A stretch of DNA of 63,992 bases, counting the filler, from Octopus bimaculoides (lineage: Eukaryota), in assembly GCF_001194135.2 (NCBI RefSeq). It is 6 parts of 6 records of this genome, joined end to end, with 100 filler letters (N's around TTAATTAATTAA, not from the genome) between each part and the next. Parts side by side here need not be neighbours in the genome. Positions count along the whole stretch, not along the records: positions 1 to 22,695 come from NC_068983.1; positions 22,796 to 30,520 come from NC_068991.1; 4 more parts are not named here. One strand, written 5' to 3'. Positions 12,507 to 25,249 of this stretch are shown one piece after another; positions within the stretch are counted from its first letter, which is position 1, and every line of letters starts with the position of its first letter. The notes below the pieces were generated by a model. That model had not been told where the DNA came from and did no database searches. It saw only the letters and a list, made by a program, of their open reading frames with translations. The position numbers were made by a program, and so were the translations under genes.

Positions 12507-14427
12507 GTCTGCCTGTCTCTCTTTCTCTCTCTCTCTCTCGCTGTATATATATATATATATATATANNNNNNNNNNNNNNNNNNNNNNNNNNNNNNNNNNN
12601 NNNNNNNNNNNNNNNNNNNNNNNNNNNNNNNNNNNNNNNNNNNNNNNNNNNNNNNNNNNNNNNNNNNNNNNNNNNNNNNNNNNNNNNNNNNNNNNNNNNN
12701 NNNNNNNNNNNNNNNNNNNNNNNNNNNNNNNNNNNNNNNNNNNNNNNNNNNNNNNNNNNNNNNNNNNNNNNNNNNNNNNNNNNNNNNNNNNNNNNNNNNN
12801 NNNNNNNNNNNNNNNNNNNNNNNNNNNNNNNNNNNNNNNNNNNNNNNNNNNNNNNNNNNNNNNNNNNNNNNNNNNNNNNNNNNNNNNNNNNNNNNNNNNN
12901 NNNNNNNNNNNNNNNNNNNNNNNNNNNNNNNNNNNNNNNNNNNNNNNNNNNNNNNNNNNNNNNNNNNNNNNNNNNNNNNNNNNNNNNNNNNNNNNNNNNN
13001 NNNNNNNNNNNNNNNNNNNNNNNNNNNNNNNNNNNNNNNNNNNNNNNNNNNNNNNNNNNNNNNNNNNNNNNNNNNNNNNNNNNNNNNNNNNNNNNNNNNN
13101 NNNNNNNNNNNNNNNNNNNNNNNNNNNNNNNNNNNNNNNNNNNNNNNNNNNNNNNNNNNNNNNNNNNNNNNNNNNNNNNNNNNNNNNNNNNNNNNNNNNN
13201 NNNNNNNNNNNNNNNNNNNTGTAGATTCAAGGTCAATATGGTACTTAAGTTTAGACACCAGAATTAAGTATGGTAATATCCATATAATTTCAAAATAAGG
13301 TGATTAAAATCAATGTGTCCTTTAAATGATATTAGATAGATAAGTTTAATTTTAAAGTTTTAGTCCAGTACATATAAAGAAATTTTAATTTCACATCTTA
13401 TCTATGGTTCCCTATATTGGTGTAAATAAGTCTACCATAGCATATCAAATTAATACCACTTCATGGATTCTGCATACTGCATTAATTGATTATTTACATT
13501 ACTATACACTATTTCTTTTTATGTCATTTATTAATTTATAATTAGCTTTTATTTATTAACATATTAATTAAGCAAATATTGGTATCTCAAGTATTTCAAA
13601 CTTAGTATATATAAAACAATACTGATACATTATTCTGATTAATGAAAACTATTAATAACCATTTACTGTATCTGTACACAATATAGCAACTTTATTTTAT
13701 ATACTTTTGACCTACGTGCCTTATGTGAAAACTTTCCCTATTCCATTATAAACTGGTCTGCTAGTAGAGAAACCCTCCCCCCACACCTATAGTAGTTTGC
13801 CACTAGACCCAAAGAAATTTTATAACTATATCATCCATGTTTGCTGTCTATACAGTTTACTCCTTTCCCTTTCCCTACAAGGAAAATGCTGGTGCCCTCT
13901 TAAGCCTCGAATCATTAGGTCTGATAAGATGATCCATAAATCAGAAACAAAAGAAAAAAAAAACCAAATAAAATCAGTGAAAGTTAAAAATCTGTTTAGA
14001 ATTATTCACTAGCCTGTATGGTCTGGCTAAGTCAAAATGGTTTTTGTATTCTTCCTTTCTACTTGGAGAGTTTAAATGTAGTTATAAAAATTTGTCCTTC
14101 TGTTGAAATGTAATGTCAGTAAATTTCTATATCTTTGTGCAACTGAGGATTGCTCTGCATTTTACATTTGATGTAATTGTTCACATTGCTTAAATAAATG
14201 GAGTCGCATGAAACGATCGTACTGCATTAACTTTGGATATCCTTGTTGCTTATTTTGATATATNNNNNNNNNNNNNNNNNNNNNNNNNNNNNNNNNTATA
14301 TATGTTTGTATGCATGTATGTATGTATACATATACATATATACATATATGTGTGTACTGCATGCGTCTGTATGTGTGTGTGCGTGTGTATGTATGTGTGT
14401 GTGTGAGTATGTGTCTGTGTGTGTGTA

Positions 14428-14470
<43 letters not shown>

Positions 14471-14929
14471 AGACGCACACACACACATATATTGACAGAA
14501 AGCAAGGAAGAAATGAATACATAAATGGAACAGAGAGAGAGGGAGAGAGATAGGGATAGATAGACAGACAGATAGATAGATAGATAGATAGAGAAAGAGA
14601 GAGAGCGAGAGAGATAGAGAGAGAGAAGGAGAGAGAAATAATAGAAGCAGAAAGGACGAGGGGATGTGAGGGAAAGGAAAAGGTAATAAGATCAAGGCCT
14701 AAATAAATAAAAATAAAAATAGACAAAACAAAGTTTGGGTGAGTCGATAACTTCATGCCTGTCTATCTGTCTGTCTGTCTGTCTGCCTGTCTGTCTGTCT
14801 GTCTGTCTCTCTCTCACGCACTCACATGATAATGCCAATGCTTGTGTGTGTGTGTGTGTGTGTCGAAGAGTGGGCTGCTGGGAGCTAAACCATAATAAGG
14901 TACGCAAGTGACAGAAGTTAGGATTTTTG

Positions 14930-15420
14930 CTATAGTACTAAAGGTATTCGATGAATGCTACGCTCAGATTGCTTCGGATTACTTCCGCTAGCATTTCTAA
15001 ACCATGTTCGTTGATAACCAGATTCTCTAAATTCCCTTTAAAGCTGGTCAAAGCTAGATTCCGCTTCAGCAGATCCTTCTGTCTTTTTTTTTGTGTTTCC
15101 TTCATTTTTAACCCTGCAACTTTCAAACAGAGCCTTCCGTAACTCAAGTCTCATCGGCAATACAATCAAGAAGACACATTCCACAGCTGCGGAAACTCCA
15201 CGAACAGAAACACCGAAAACATCCTCCAAAGATATCTTTGTTTACAGGTCCGTTGGATCATTGATGGTAAGAGATTGTGCAACAGTAATAGTTAACTAGT
15301 GGAACCCGTGAATATTTCACAGAATTAATGGTAAACCTATTGGGTTATTTCTGAAAACTTCATCCAAAAATTCTGAAAGCGTTGTCTGTGTTGTGCCTGT
15401 ATCGAAACATAGTCGCTCAT
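14930..15420 (+). mobile_element. Possible highly degenerate Penelope-like remnant (alternatively an unknown exon)
   Basis: Unique-looking, CpG-retaining segment. Plus-frame fragments CVSFIFNP, RAFRNSS and KTSSKNSESVVCVV loosely recall the PLE RT-to-GIY-YIG linker. An acceptor (tttcaaacag) and donor (ATG|GTAAGA) also flank 15131-15266. Confidence 0.25.
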
Positions 15421-15839
15421 CTGCTATTCATTGAAAAGTGAAGGAAATTGGAATGCGGTGATTACTAAACGCATTTAATATATACACTTTATCTATATAC
15501 TTTATATACTTTATGCACAATTTTATAGATTTAATACACAACACTCTCCCTCTTTCTGTCTCACTCTTCGCCTTACCCTCTTTTTCTCTCTCACTTTTCT
15601 TTCTTTTTCTCTTGCTCTTCGCCTTTCTCTTCAACTAATCACATGAAGGCGTTACAGACGGGTTAAGTAACGAAGAAAACACCTTAGTTAACAGAAAAAT
15701 TACACATTTCACAATCAGAATTATAAGATATGAATCTCTTGTGATGATATGCCATCCCATAGTAGTTGTTACATGTCTTGTTTTCTTATAAGTGATGTTT
15801 TATTGGTGGCCGCTACGTGAATAAATACATCATTCTTTC

Positions 15840-16042
15840 ATTTCTTTTCTTCTTTTACTTGTTTCAGTCATGTGACTGCAGTCATATTGGAGCACCGCCA
15901 TTTTTAGTCGAACAAATCGATTTCAGGAGGTTTTTTTTTGTTTTTACACCTGGTACTTATTCTATCGGCCTCTTTTACCGAACTGCGAAGTTACGAGGAC
16001 ATAAACACACCAACACCGGTTGTCAAGCGGTGATGTTGACAA

Positions 16043-16073
<31 letters not shown>

Positions 16074-16240
16074 CATACGACGGGCTTCTTTCAGTCTCTG
16101 TCTACCAAATCCACTCACAAGGTTTTGGTCGGCTCGAGGCTATAATAGAAAACATTTGCCCAAGGTGCCACGCAGTGGGACTGAACCCAGAAACATGTAG
16201 TTGGGAAGCTGCATCCTACCACACAGCCATGGCTGCGTCT
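15840..16240 (-). mobile_element. tRNA-headed SINE family B with a MIR/CORE-like segment (representative)
   Basis: Minus strand: tRNA-like head GGCTGTGTGGTA..GGTTCAGTCCCACTGCGTGGCACCTTGGGCAA, resembling the CORE motif GACCTTGGGCAAG. Other - copies at about 6560-6955, 23410-23530, 27555-27740, 32920-33005, 39550-39900, 49455-49600, 50905-51050, 52390-52520, 57830-58030 and 58600-58910. Confidence 0.8.
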
Positions 16241-17239
16241 TCTACTTCTCTGTCGGTCTCGACGATGGCCCTTTTAACTGTTTGATCAACCGAATTACTA
16301 TCTGTGAAATTAACATATAAGTGGGTGAGTGTTCCAAACACACGTTTAACCTTAATGTAATTCTCAAAGCGAATCAGTTGACACAGATGTAACAAGGCTG
16401 GACATTAAAATGGTGGTACAATCTAGAGGTAGAGTGGGGGAAGAGGCTGACGGGACGATAGCGGATGAGGGGAAGAGAGAGAAAGAAAGAGGGAGGAGTG
16501 TGAACAGCAAAGAGAAAGAGAGAGAGAGAGAGAGAGAGATAGAGGGAAGCAGAGAGAGTGAGATGAGAGTGGGAAGTAAACAGAGAAGTGAGAGAAAAGG
16601 AGAGAGACGAGAGACAGAGAAAGAGAGAGAGACGGAGAGAGAGAGAGAGAGGGGTGAAAGTGGAGAGAAAGGAGAAAATGGAGAGAAAGGAGAAAGTGGA
16701 GAGAAAGGAGAAAGAAGGAAATAAATCAACTCCAGTACTGAGTTGGTATTTTATTGACACAGAAAGGATGGAATTTGACTTCAGTTGGATTTGAACTCAG
16801 AGCACAGAGAATCAGAACAAACCCTGCAAAACATTTTAGCCGGTGCTTCTAACAATTCTAACAATTCGCCGCCTTTGTCTTTAGTTCTTCATGCTAATAA
16901 AGATCTTTATTAATGGATAAGTCGGAAACGTAAGTGACAGAGATAGTGGTTATATATCTGTCACTAAATTCTAAAATGTCGTGCCTCAGAAGTCAATGAA
17001 GAAGCTTCTGTTTGGTAACAATCTGCGAGAAATAGCAACCAAATTCTCCGAAATTACTACCTATTGGCTTAAAATGGGGGAGTACAGTTTTACAATTTAT
17101 ATACACGCAGATTAATACGCATGCAGACATATATATATATGTAGTGAAACTAACACCTCGATCGCCATTATATACAAAGAAACCATCTTCCCCGCAGTTA
17201 TAAATATATAATCAAGTTCGGGCGTAGTACAGAGCAGCC

Positions 17240-17420
17240 TACTGTGTCCATCACGTGACTGATTATTATTTGAAGCGGCAACTGCCTCGTACCGTTCCCG
17301 CCAGAACGCAAACTGACCAATCACAGCCCTTAATAAGGTCACGTGATAGTGTTTTTCTAATGCCTCTCTGGAGCCCCTATTTTGCTTTAAATAGACGAAA
17401 TTATACCCGGCAAATTCGTC
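17240..17420 (+). promoter_or_regulatory. Promoter-like motif cluster at the start of a CpG-rich island
   Basis: TCACGTGA palindromes at about 17250 and 17339, GACCAATCAC (CCAAT) at about 17315, TTTAAATA at about 17386, followed by a CpG-rich C/A-rich stretch to about 17830. Confidence 0.45.
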
Positions 17421-19659
17421 TTGGTTCAGATCTCTTAGAGACCTGTTCCGTGTACCACACAGCAGCAGCAGCCAGTGACAACAATCACAGCTTCGTACAA
17501 CTATGACTGCCAGCAGCAACACGACACTACGACTACCACCATCGTCGCCGCCAGCGTCAACACCACTTCAACTACGAACAACAAGATTCGCCACCAGCTC
17601 CGCCAACATCGTCAACATGACTTCTACGTACACCAGCTAACCAAAACTACCGCAGAACTTCTAACTCTGTTTGTGCGATTCACCTTCGCCACGATAGACA
17701 ACAGACAAGAACCTAGCCTGCGAAGAGCATCTGTATACAAGAACCCGGCTTGGCATGGAAGCCCTAACATCACGACGAGTGATCGCACTGCCCCACACGC
17801 CTCAACTTCTTACATACAGACTCTTACCACTGTGTACTCTAAGAACTGGCAAATTCTTATATGTGTTACTGACTCTTTTTCTATCTGCTGTATCTCACGC
17901 ATACACATACATGTATCACTTACACACACTCTTTTCTTTACACGACGGCCTGTCTTTTATTGTGTTTTCATTATGTCGCATACACTAACACACAGACATA
18001 CATTTTAATGCTACAATAAATATTACGGTTATTCGTCTTTATCGGTTGTGTTCTATCGTCTTCCTTTACTGGCATTTACGAATTTACTATGTTATCGAAG
18101 TATAACATATTTATATCATTTGATATATTTTTGTGTTCGACCGTGTGACGCGTTTAAGAAAGGAGCCCTGTTTTTCCATTCGTCACCATTTCTCCTTTTG
18201 GGTTCGCACTGTCGTTCTTACATATATATATATATATATATATATANNNNNNNNNNNNNNNNNNNNNNNNNNNNNNNNNNNNNNNNNNNNNNNNNNNNNN
18301 NNNNNNNNNNNNNNNNNNNNNNNNNNNNNNNNNNNNNNNNNNNNNNNNNNNNNNNNNNNNNNNNNNNNNNNNNNNNNNNNNNNNNNNNNNNNNNNNNNNN
18401 NNNNNNNNNNNNNNNNNNNNNNNNNNNNNNNNNNNNNNNNNNNNNNNNNNNNNNNNNNNNNNNNNNNNNNNNNNNNNNNNNNNNNNNNNNNNNNNNNNNN
18501 NNNNNNNNNNNNNNNNNNNNNNNNNNNNNNNNNNNNNNNNNNNNNNNNNNNNNNNNNNNNNNNNNNNNNNNNNNNNNNNNNNNNNNNNNNNNNNNNNNNN
18601 NNNNNNNNNNNNNNNNNNNNNNNNNNNNNNNNNNNNNNNNNNNNNNNNNNNNNNNNNNNNNNNNNNNNNNNNNNNNNNNNNNNNNNNNNNNNNNNNNNNN
18701 NNNNNNNNNNNNNNNNNNNNNNNNNNNNNNNNNNNNNNNNNNNNNNNNNNNNNNNNNNNNNNNNNNNNNNNNNNNNNNNNNNNNNNNNNNNNNNNNNNNN
18801 NNNNNNNNNNNNNNNNNNNNNNNNNNNNNNNNNNNNNNNNNNNNNNNNNNNNNNNNNNNNNNNNNNNNNNNNNNNNNNNNNNNNNNNNNNNNNNNNNNNN
18901 NNNNNNNNNNNNNNNNNNNNNNNNNNNNNNNNNNNNNNNNNNNNNNNNNNNNNNNNNNNNNNNNNNNNNNNNNNNNNNNNNNNNNNNNNNNNNNNNNNNN
19001 NNNNNNNNNNNNNNNNNNNNNNNNNNNNNNNNNNNNNNNNNNNNNNNNNNNNNNNNNNNNNNNNNNNNNNNTATATATAATGATAATAATATTAGGGACA
19101 AAATCCAAAATTACAGGTAAAAACTCAATTAAAATCAATTTATAAAAAATTTAAATTAAATTGAGCTTTATAGATAAAATATATATAAAATATATAGTTT
19201 TAGAGAAAATAACCAAGTTTCAAGAACTCATCGATGAAAATCCACTATCACATATAGAAAAATTAACAATTTTTCTATATGTGATAGTGTGTGTGTGTGT
19301 GTATACATATATATACATACATACGTATGTATGTATATACACTGACAACGGTAAGAAACCTACTTTTTTAAAATGTTATACGGCATGACATGGTTCGTTC
19401 AGATATATCACTCAGATATACCACTTGGAGGTTACTAATGAATTCTTGAGAGCAAACCCAACACCAGATCTTCTTCAATAACGCCAGTGACAACAGCAAA
19501 TGAACATTTGCTTTTGACTGAAACTGCTTCTATTCATAAGCGCAGGGTAGAACATTTTCTGCTCTTTTGAATAGACCATCATCCGTTGACGTGAAGATAG
19601 AAAAAAATCAAACACCTTCCAGTTATAGAGATGGCATTTACACATTTATTTAGCTGTGA

Positions 19660-21427
19660 ATTAGCTGAGTAACAATACGTTTCCAGGGTCGGTTGGAATC
19701 TGTGAAATATGGAGGGAACAAAATGTTTGAACTCTTAAAGACATTAGTTTATCACTTTTGGAGAACAGGGGAAGTGCCTCAAGACTGGTTTGATGCCATT
19801 TTAGTCTTCTTGTATAAATTGGAGCCAACAAATCTGTGTGGTAATTTTCGCGGAATTTCGCTTTTGTCGGTTGTTGGAAAGGTACTTGCCCGTATTCTGT
19901 TAAAACATTTAAATTCCTTCGTAGTTCCAAATGTAGTGTCTGACTCTCAATGTAGTTTTCGCTCCTCCAGGGACACGGTTGATTGTATCTGTACTATCAG
20001 ACAATTTCAGGAAAAGTGCAAAAGTGCATTGATCAGAATCTTGTCCTACACTACTGTTTTGTTGATTTAAGCAAGGCATTCGAAATGCACTGTGGCTAAT
20101 TCTAAGGTAAATAAGTCGCACAGAAAAATTTGTAAACATTATCAGAGCTTTACATCGAGAGTTAATTTTGGTGGTAGGCTTTTGCTGTGGAAAATGGAGT
20201 AAAGCAAGAAGACCCTCTTTGCAATATACTTTGCTGTTGTACTGTCACACGCTTTTTAAAATCCGAGGAGGGCATTTATATAAAATATCAGACAACATGG
20301 AATGTTCTTAATCTGACCAGACTGAAATTAAAAACGAAGGGTTTTACTTCACTCATTAGGGAACTCTTATACACTGCTGACGATTGCCATCTAGTGAGTC
20401 ACTCTGAAACAGGCTTGCAATCTCTTGTATCTGCATTTGACCCAACTTGTGATGATTTTGGTTTGACCATCATCTTGAAAACAACACATGTGACGTATCA
20501 ACCTGCACTGGGGCTGTTTGCAACACACCTAAACATTTTCGTTAAGGGTACGTTACTCGAGGTTATTGACTGTTTCATCTACGTCGGAAGCTCTGGACAA
20601 AATGATGGAAATACACCTGCGAATTCAAAGGGCAGCCCAAGCATTTGGTGGTTTGGAGTCGCGCGTTTGGCACCAACGACATAAATAACAACACAAAATT
20701 GGCTCTTTGCAAATCGTTTGTCTTACCATCCTTGTTGTATTCGTCTGAAACATAGACCTGTTACGAAAGACATCTCAAAATTGTTAGAACGACTCTATCA
20801 AAAACGTCTTCACCGTATTTTAAACATTAAATGTGACATTTTTCACTCCAGACGCAGATGTCTTCGCATCTACAGGCATCAGTTCACTTAAATCAATGAT
20901 CTTGAAAAATCAAATGAGATGGTCTGGCCACATTGTTCGAATGGTGGATGAACGCACACCCAAGCAGTTGTTTTATAGCGATCTTGCAGAAGGGAAACGT
21001 GATCAGTGTGAACCTAAAAAGAGGTTTAAGCACTGTATAAGGACTAACATGAAGTCACCTGAAATGGATCCAAAGGCCATAGAAGCCCTTGCTTCGGATC
21101 GAGCTGGATGGTGAACAAAAGTGTGGAGTGGAATGAAAGCTTTTGAAGAAACCAGGATGATTCAGGCGAATCTCAAAGGAAATTTAAAGAAAAATGCTAC
21201 GATCAACGAGAAAATGAATGCCAACCACATTTTCGTGTGCACAGTTTGAGATAGACCATGACTTTCTTTCGTTGAGCTTAAATTTCATTAGCAGACCCAT
21301 GATAAAATTAGCCTCTACCAGCTACTCTGCCTATCTATCTGTGCATACCTGTCAATGTCGTGTATGCCATAAGGTCTGCAAATCTAACGGAGGCCTCAAA
21401 AGACATTTTAAAATCCACAAAGATTAG
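19660..21427 (+). mobile_element. Degenerate RTE-clade non-LTR retrotransposon (RT domain, 3' region, terminal C2H2 finger)
   Basis: Frame-shifted fragments GEVPQDWFDAILVFLYK, CGNFRGISLLSVVGKVLARIL, SQCSFRSSRDTVD, GVKQ, RELLYTADD, MRWSGHIVRMVDERTPKQLFY and CRVCHKVCKSNGGLKRHFKIH, all typical of RTE-type ORFs. Multiple stops and frameshifts; runs into a gap. Confidence 0.9.
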
Positions 21428-21898
21428 NNNNNNNNNNNNNNNNNNNNNNNNNNNNNNNNNNNNNNNNNNNNNNNNNNNNNNNNNNNNNNNNNNNNNNNNN
21501 NNNNNNNNNNNNNNNNNNNNNNNNNNNNNNNNNNNNNNNNNNNNNNNNNNNNNNNNNNNNNNNNNNNNNNNNNNNNNNNNNNNNNNNNNNNNNNNNNNNN
21601 NNNNNNNNNNNNNNNNNNNNNNNNNNNNNNNNNNNNNNNNNNNNNNNNNNNNNNNNNNNNNNNNNNNNNNNNNNNNNNNNNNNNNNNNNNNNNNNNNNNN
21701 NNNNNNNNNNNNNNNNNNNNNNNNNNNNNNNNNNNNNNNNNNNNNNNNNNNNNNNNNNNNNNNNNNNNNNNNNNNNNNNNNNNNNNNNNNNNNNNNNNNN
21801 NNNNNNNNNNNNNNNNNNNNNNNNNNNNNNNNNNNNNNNNNNNNNNNNNNNNNNNNNNNNNNNNNNNNNNNTATATATATATATATATATATATATAT

Positions 21899-22248
21899 TA
21901 ATAAAGTAGGATATCAGAATACCATTTGCTAGTAAGAAGAGCTAACACTCTAAAACCACAAATTTCTCACTATTAATAAATACGCGCGGTGAATGCAACG
22001 AATATAATAATATAGGCTTACCTGTATAAACTACAAAGCGAGAAACAGCTATCTTGGAATCAATTGATTTCACCTTTTGTACCTTTGTACTCAAGGATAA
22101 TCAGCCAAGTTCTCTATATTTATCTATTTTTGAAAATATTCATCACGTTACACCGTGCATATTTATTAATAGTGAGAAGTGTGTTGTTTTGGAGTGTTAG
22201 CTCCTTTTTCTAGCAAGTGGAATCCTGATACCCTGCTTTATTTATTTG
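21899..22248. mobile_element. Foldback/MITE-like element with ~105-bp inverted arms
   Basis: 21899-22005 (GAGCTAACACTCTAAAACCACAAATTTCTCACTATTAATAAATA) is the reverse complement of 22135-22248 (TATTTATTAATAGTGAGAAGTGTGTTGTTTTGGAGTGTTAGCTC). Confidence 0.7.
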
Positions 22249-22285
22249 TATATTTTACCTATATAGGTTAAACTTGCTGGCCACT

Positions 22286-22316
<31 letters not shown>

Positions 22317-22365
22317 TTATGTGAAATTATTATTATTATTATCATTATTATTATTATTATTATTG

Positions 22366-22695
22366 TTCAGTAGTTTTATTTTTATAACGTGCTTTCACTT
22401 CACTACCGAGCGCAGCTCTGTGTGCCTTGGGTATGTGCTGTGGTTTGCTGTGATGCTCTTATGGTTACTGTATTGAAAGCGTTTTGCGTAGGATGTGTGC
22501 AGTACCCAGTAGTGCAATTTCCTGTATGTTATATATATTTATAAGTCCTGGTGTTTTTGTTATGTATTTGTCTGAATATTTTTTTATCATACCTAAGGCA
22601 CCTACTATGATAGGAATTGTTTCTGTTTTTAGATTCCACGTTCGAGTTACCTCTATTTCCAGGTCTTTGTATTTTGAAAGATTTTCCATTTCTTT
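22366..22695 (-). mobile_element. R4/Dong-like RLE retrotransposon 3' end abutting (TAA)n
   Basis: LSKYKDLEIEVTRTWNLKTETIPIIVGALG...IALLGTAHILRKTLS* then a short 3' UTR ending in (TAA)n at about 22270-22365. Truncated by the artificial linker. Confidence 0.85.
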
Positions 22696-22795
22696 NNNNN
22701 NNNNNNNNNNNNNNNNNNNNNNNNNNNNNNNNNNNNNNNTTAATTAATTAANNNNNNNNNNNNNNNNNNNNNNNNNNNNNNNNNNNNNNNNNNNN
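22696..22795. other. Artificial assembly linker (44 N + TTAATTAATTAA + 44 N)
   Basis: Identical 100-nt structure at five sites; the 12-mer has stops in all six frames. Confidence 0.95.
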
Positions 22796-23860
22796 GTATG
22801 TTGGATGTTCTAGAGTTGGAGATGAAAAGAACCTCTACATTCTCAGTGATAAACATGGCAAGACAGAAAACATAGTATATGAAGAAGCACTTACATAAAT
22901 AGTATGTACATGTCATATACAAAAGTGTAAAACCATTGAGTGTTAAAGTAAGTATTACTATTACACTTTCACTTTTCGACTGACATGCGTCAATGTATAT
23001 CTGTGTATATAACAGTGAAACAATAACGTGGTATATTCGCTGTGTGAATTTTTTTCATTTAATCCCCATTTTAATTATCGTGAAAGTTTCCAAGTACCAA
23101 TAAGCAACAATTTCATTCCCGGGCTCTGCTAGTGTTCTAATAAATTGATGTCTATATGTCAGTTTCCCCATTATCTTATTTTCTCATACATAAGAAAATA
23201 GTATATCCATATCCATCAATGTGAAGCTAACATCTTTAGTTTTTCACTGATACACTGGATAAAACAGGAGAACTTGGATGCTAACATCCCTTTAAGAGGA
23301 TTTATATTCTTGATTTAGTTATATATATATGTATATAGACACACACACATGCTTTCACACATGCATATGCACATACACACATACACACACACACACACAC
23401 ACATACATGCCGTGTTTCTGTCAACCAAATCCATTCACAAGGCTTCTGACAGTCTGGAAATGTAGAAGAAGACACTTTCCCAAGATGCCACACAGTGGGA
23501 CTGAACATGAACCCATATGGTTGGGAAGGGAAAGAAGCATAAGAGACCTAGACAGATATATATATCTTATGTAGTATTGACAGTTGAACAAATACTTACA
23601 TTACAATAGTTTGATGGACATAATAACCAATAATGAAAGGAGCAAGGATAATTGGTGCAAATATTTGGCTGAAAGTATCACACATGTTATTTATGTCCTC
23701 AGCTATACGTTGGTCTCTGAACAAAAACATAAAAATATGCATTATCAATATAATATCATATGGAATTGAATTTATGTGATCATTAGGTGAAACAAACATC
23801 AGAGATGCTTTGTCCCGCACAGAAATTACAAGGGCTACTTAGAAGTTTTGCAAGCCATTT

Positions 23861-24082
23861 TACAAGAGGATGCTGAAAAGTTCCTGGCTTTAAGGGTATC
23901 ATGAAAGGTCTGGTTGGAGACCCAACTTTCCGAGTTCTTTTACAGGGCTTAGAAAAAACTGAAGAACTGCCGCAACAAGTGTGTGAATCTGAGAGGGGAA
24001 TATGTTGAATAAAATCATAATTAACTGATCCTCCTGTATTTTCTTTTAGCCAATGTCAGGAACTGTTCAGCATCCCCTCATA
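23861..24082 (+). mobile_element. Mariner-derived MITE, copy 2
   Basis: TIRs TACAAGAGGATGCTGAAAAGTTCCTGG and CAGGAACTGTTCAGCATCCCCTCATA. Internal KCVNLRGEYVE* resembles a mariner transposase C-terminus. Confidence 0.78.
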
Positions 24083-24089
24083 AATCCAT

Positions 24090-25240
24090 CACAATACTGG
24101 AAACCCTTTCATATCATCAGTAGGTATCTCTGAGTCACAAGCATTTTGCCCTTTAGACTGTACACTTTGCTTGAGTGGAGCAGCAAGGACTGAGATAGTC
24201 TTCACCAATGGAAGGGTTCTACCTGCAGTCTCACCTTGAGTCAGTTTCAGCTGCTTGATAACTTTTTCAGTTGTCTGGGTTCCAGACCTATCTTCTGCAG
24301 GAAATAGTACACTGTTCTAGCTGCAAAGCCACAGCAACTAACTTCAATGGGGAATGAGGCCACATGTCATCCCTTAACAAGGGACTAAGTCCTGGTATTT
24401 TGTTTTCTTTACCTGGTGGGAAATATCAAGTCTGTCTTCCCAGGGTACAATGAGTTCAACTACAATGACTGTTTTTGTATTCCTGGAGTGCAGGAATATA
24501 TCTGGTTAGAGTGATGTTACCACTATCTCCTCTGGGAAGACAAATCTGCCCTTCAGATCCACTTGCATCTCCCAGCCTGAGGATGAATGCAAAATAAAAA
24601 AAAACAGGTCCCCTACCATTGCTTTTGCCTGGAGAGTTTTGTTACCTTCCTTAAGGAATTTGATACCCTTTGGTGGTGACTGGTATTTATTAGCCTTCAA
24701 CCGTTGCAGATCAGTCCATAAGGCAATTTCTGCGAGGATCTTGTCATATCTCCGCTTGTATTAGCTTTTTTTAAGTACATCTAGTCAAAACATAGTTCAG
24801 GGTGCAAAGAGTTGCTCTGTACAGCTTGCAGGATAGGTCTTTTTCTTTGCCCCATATTTTAAGGTTATCTGAATTCAGCAAGAGGTCAGTGGCAGTGCAA
24901 AGGAGGAAGGACAATCTTCCCTGGTCAATAATTCCAGGATAGGGGGCATTTGAGTGCCTCATCCCACAGTATCCATTGACTCTGGTAGGCAAGTCCTACT
25001 GCTTTCACTCAGTGATCCTTCTCTGTTGAATCAGAGATCATTTGCACTATGAGCTCTCTTTTGCACCTGGTATTGGTATTTTTCCACCTCTTGGTGCTGT
25101 GATTTCCAAGACCTAGCCATCCTTGACAGATAACTCTAACATACTGATATTTCTAGTACGTCTCTGTTTCCCTCACATCTCCCTGAGGTTTCCATTTTCT
25201 GCCACACTTTATAGTCTTGTTGGAGTGTCTAACTTTAATT
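24090..25240 (-). mobile_element. HERO-like RLE non-LTR retrotransposon 3' fragment (CCHC knuckle plus PD-(D/E)xK endonuclease)
   Basis: Minus strand gives GRKWKPQG, SFLLCTATDLLLNSDNLKIWGKEKDLSCKL, WEMQVDLKGRFVFPEEIVVTSL*PDIFL..NTKTVIVVELIVPWEDRL and KTKYQDL, matching the HERO-type C-terminus from memory. Contains stops. Confidence 0.8.
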
Positions 25241-25249
25241 TTACCAATA

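Noticed and set aside
16640-16716. Collagen-like GESGEKGENGEKGESGEKGE translation
   Set aside because: An 18-bp purine-only repeat continuous with a (GA)n tract; no Pro, no splice context.
17475-18008. 177-aa ORF as a protein-coding gene
   Set aside because: GTG start with no in-frame ATG until the end; the low-T composition explains the lack of stops; no recognisable domain.
22740-22751. TTAATTAATTAA as a biological site (PacI-like, piggyBac TTAA or homeobox site)
   Set aside because: Always centred in exactly 44+44 N, so it is an artificial spacer.
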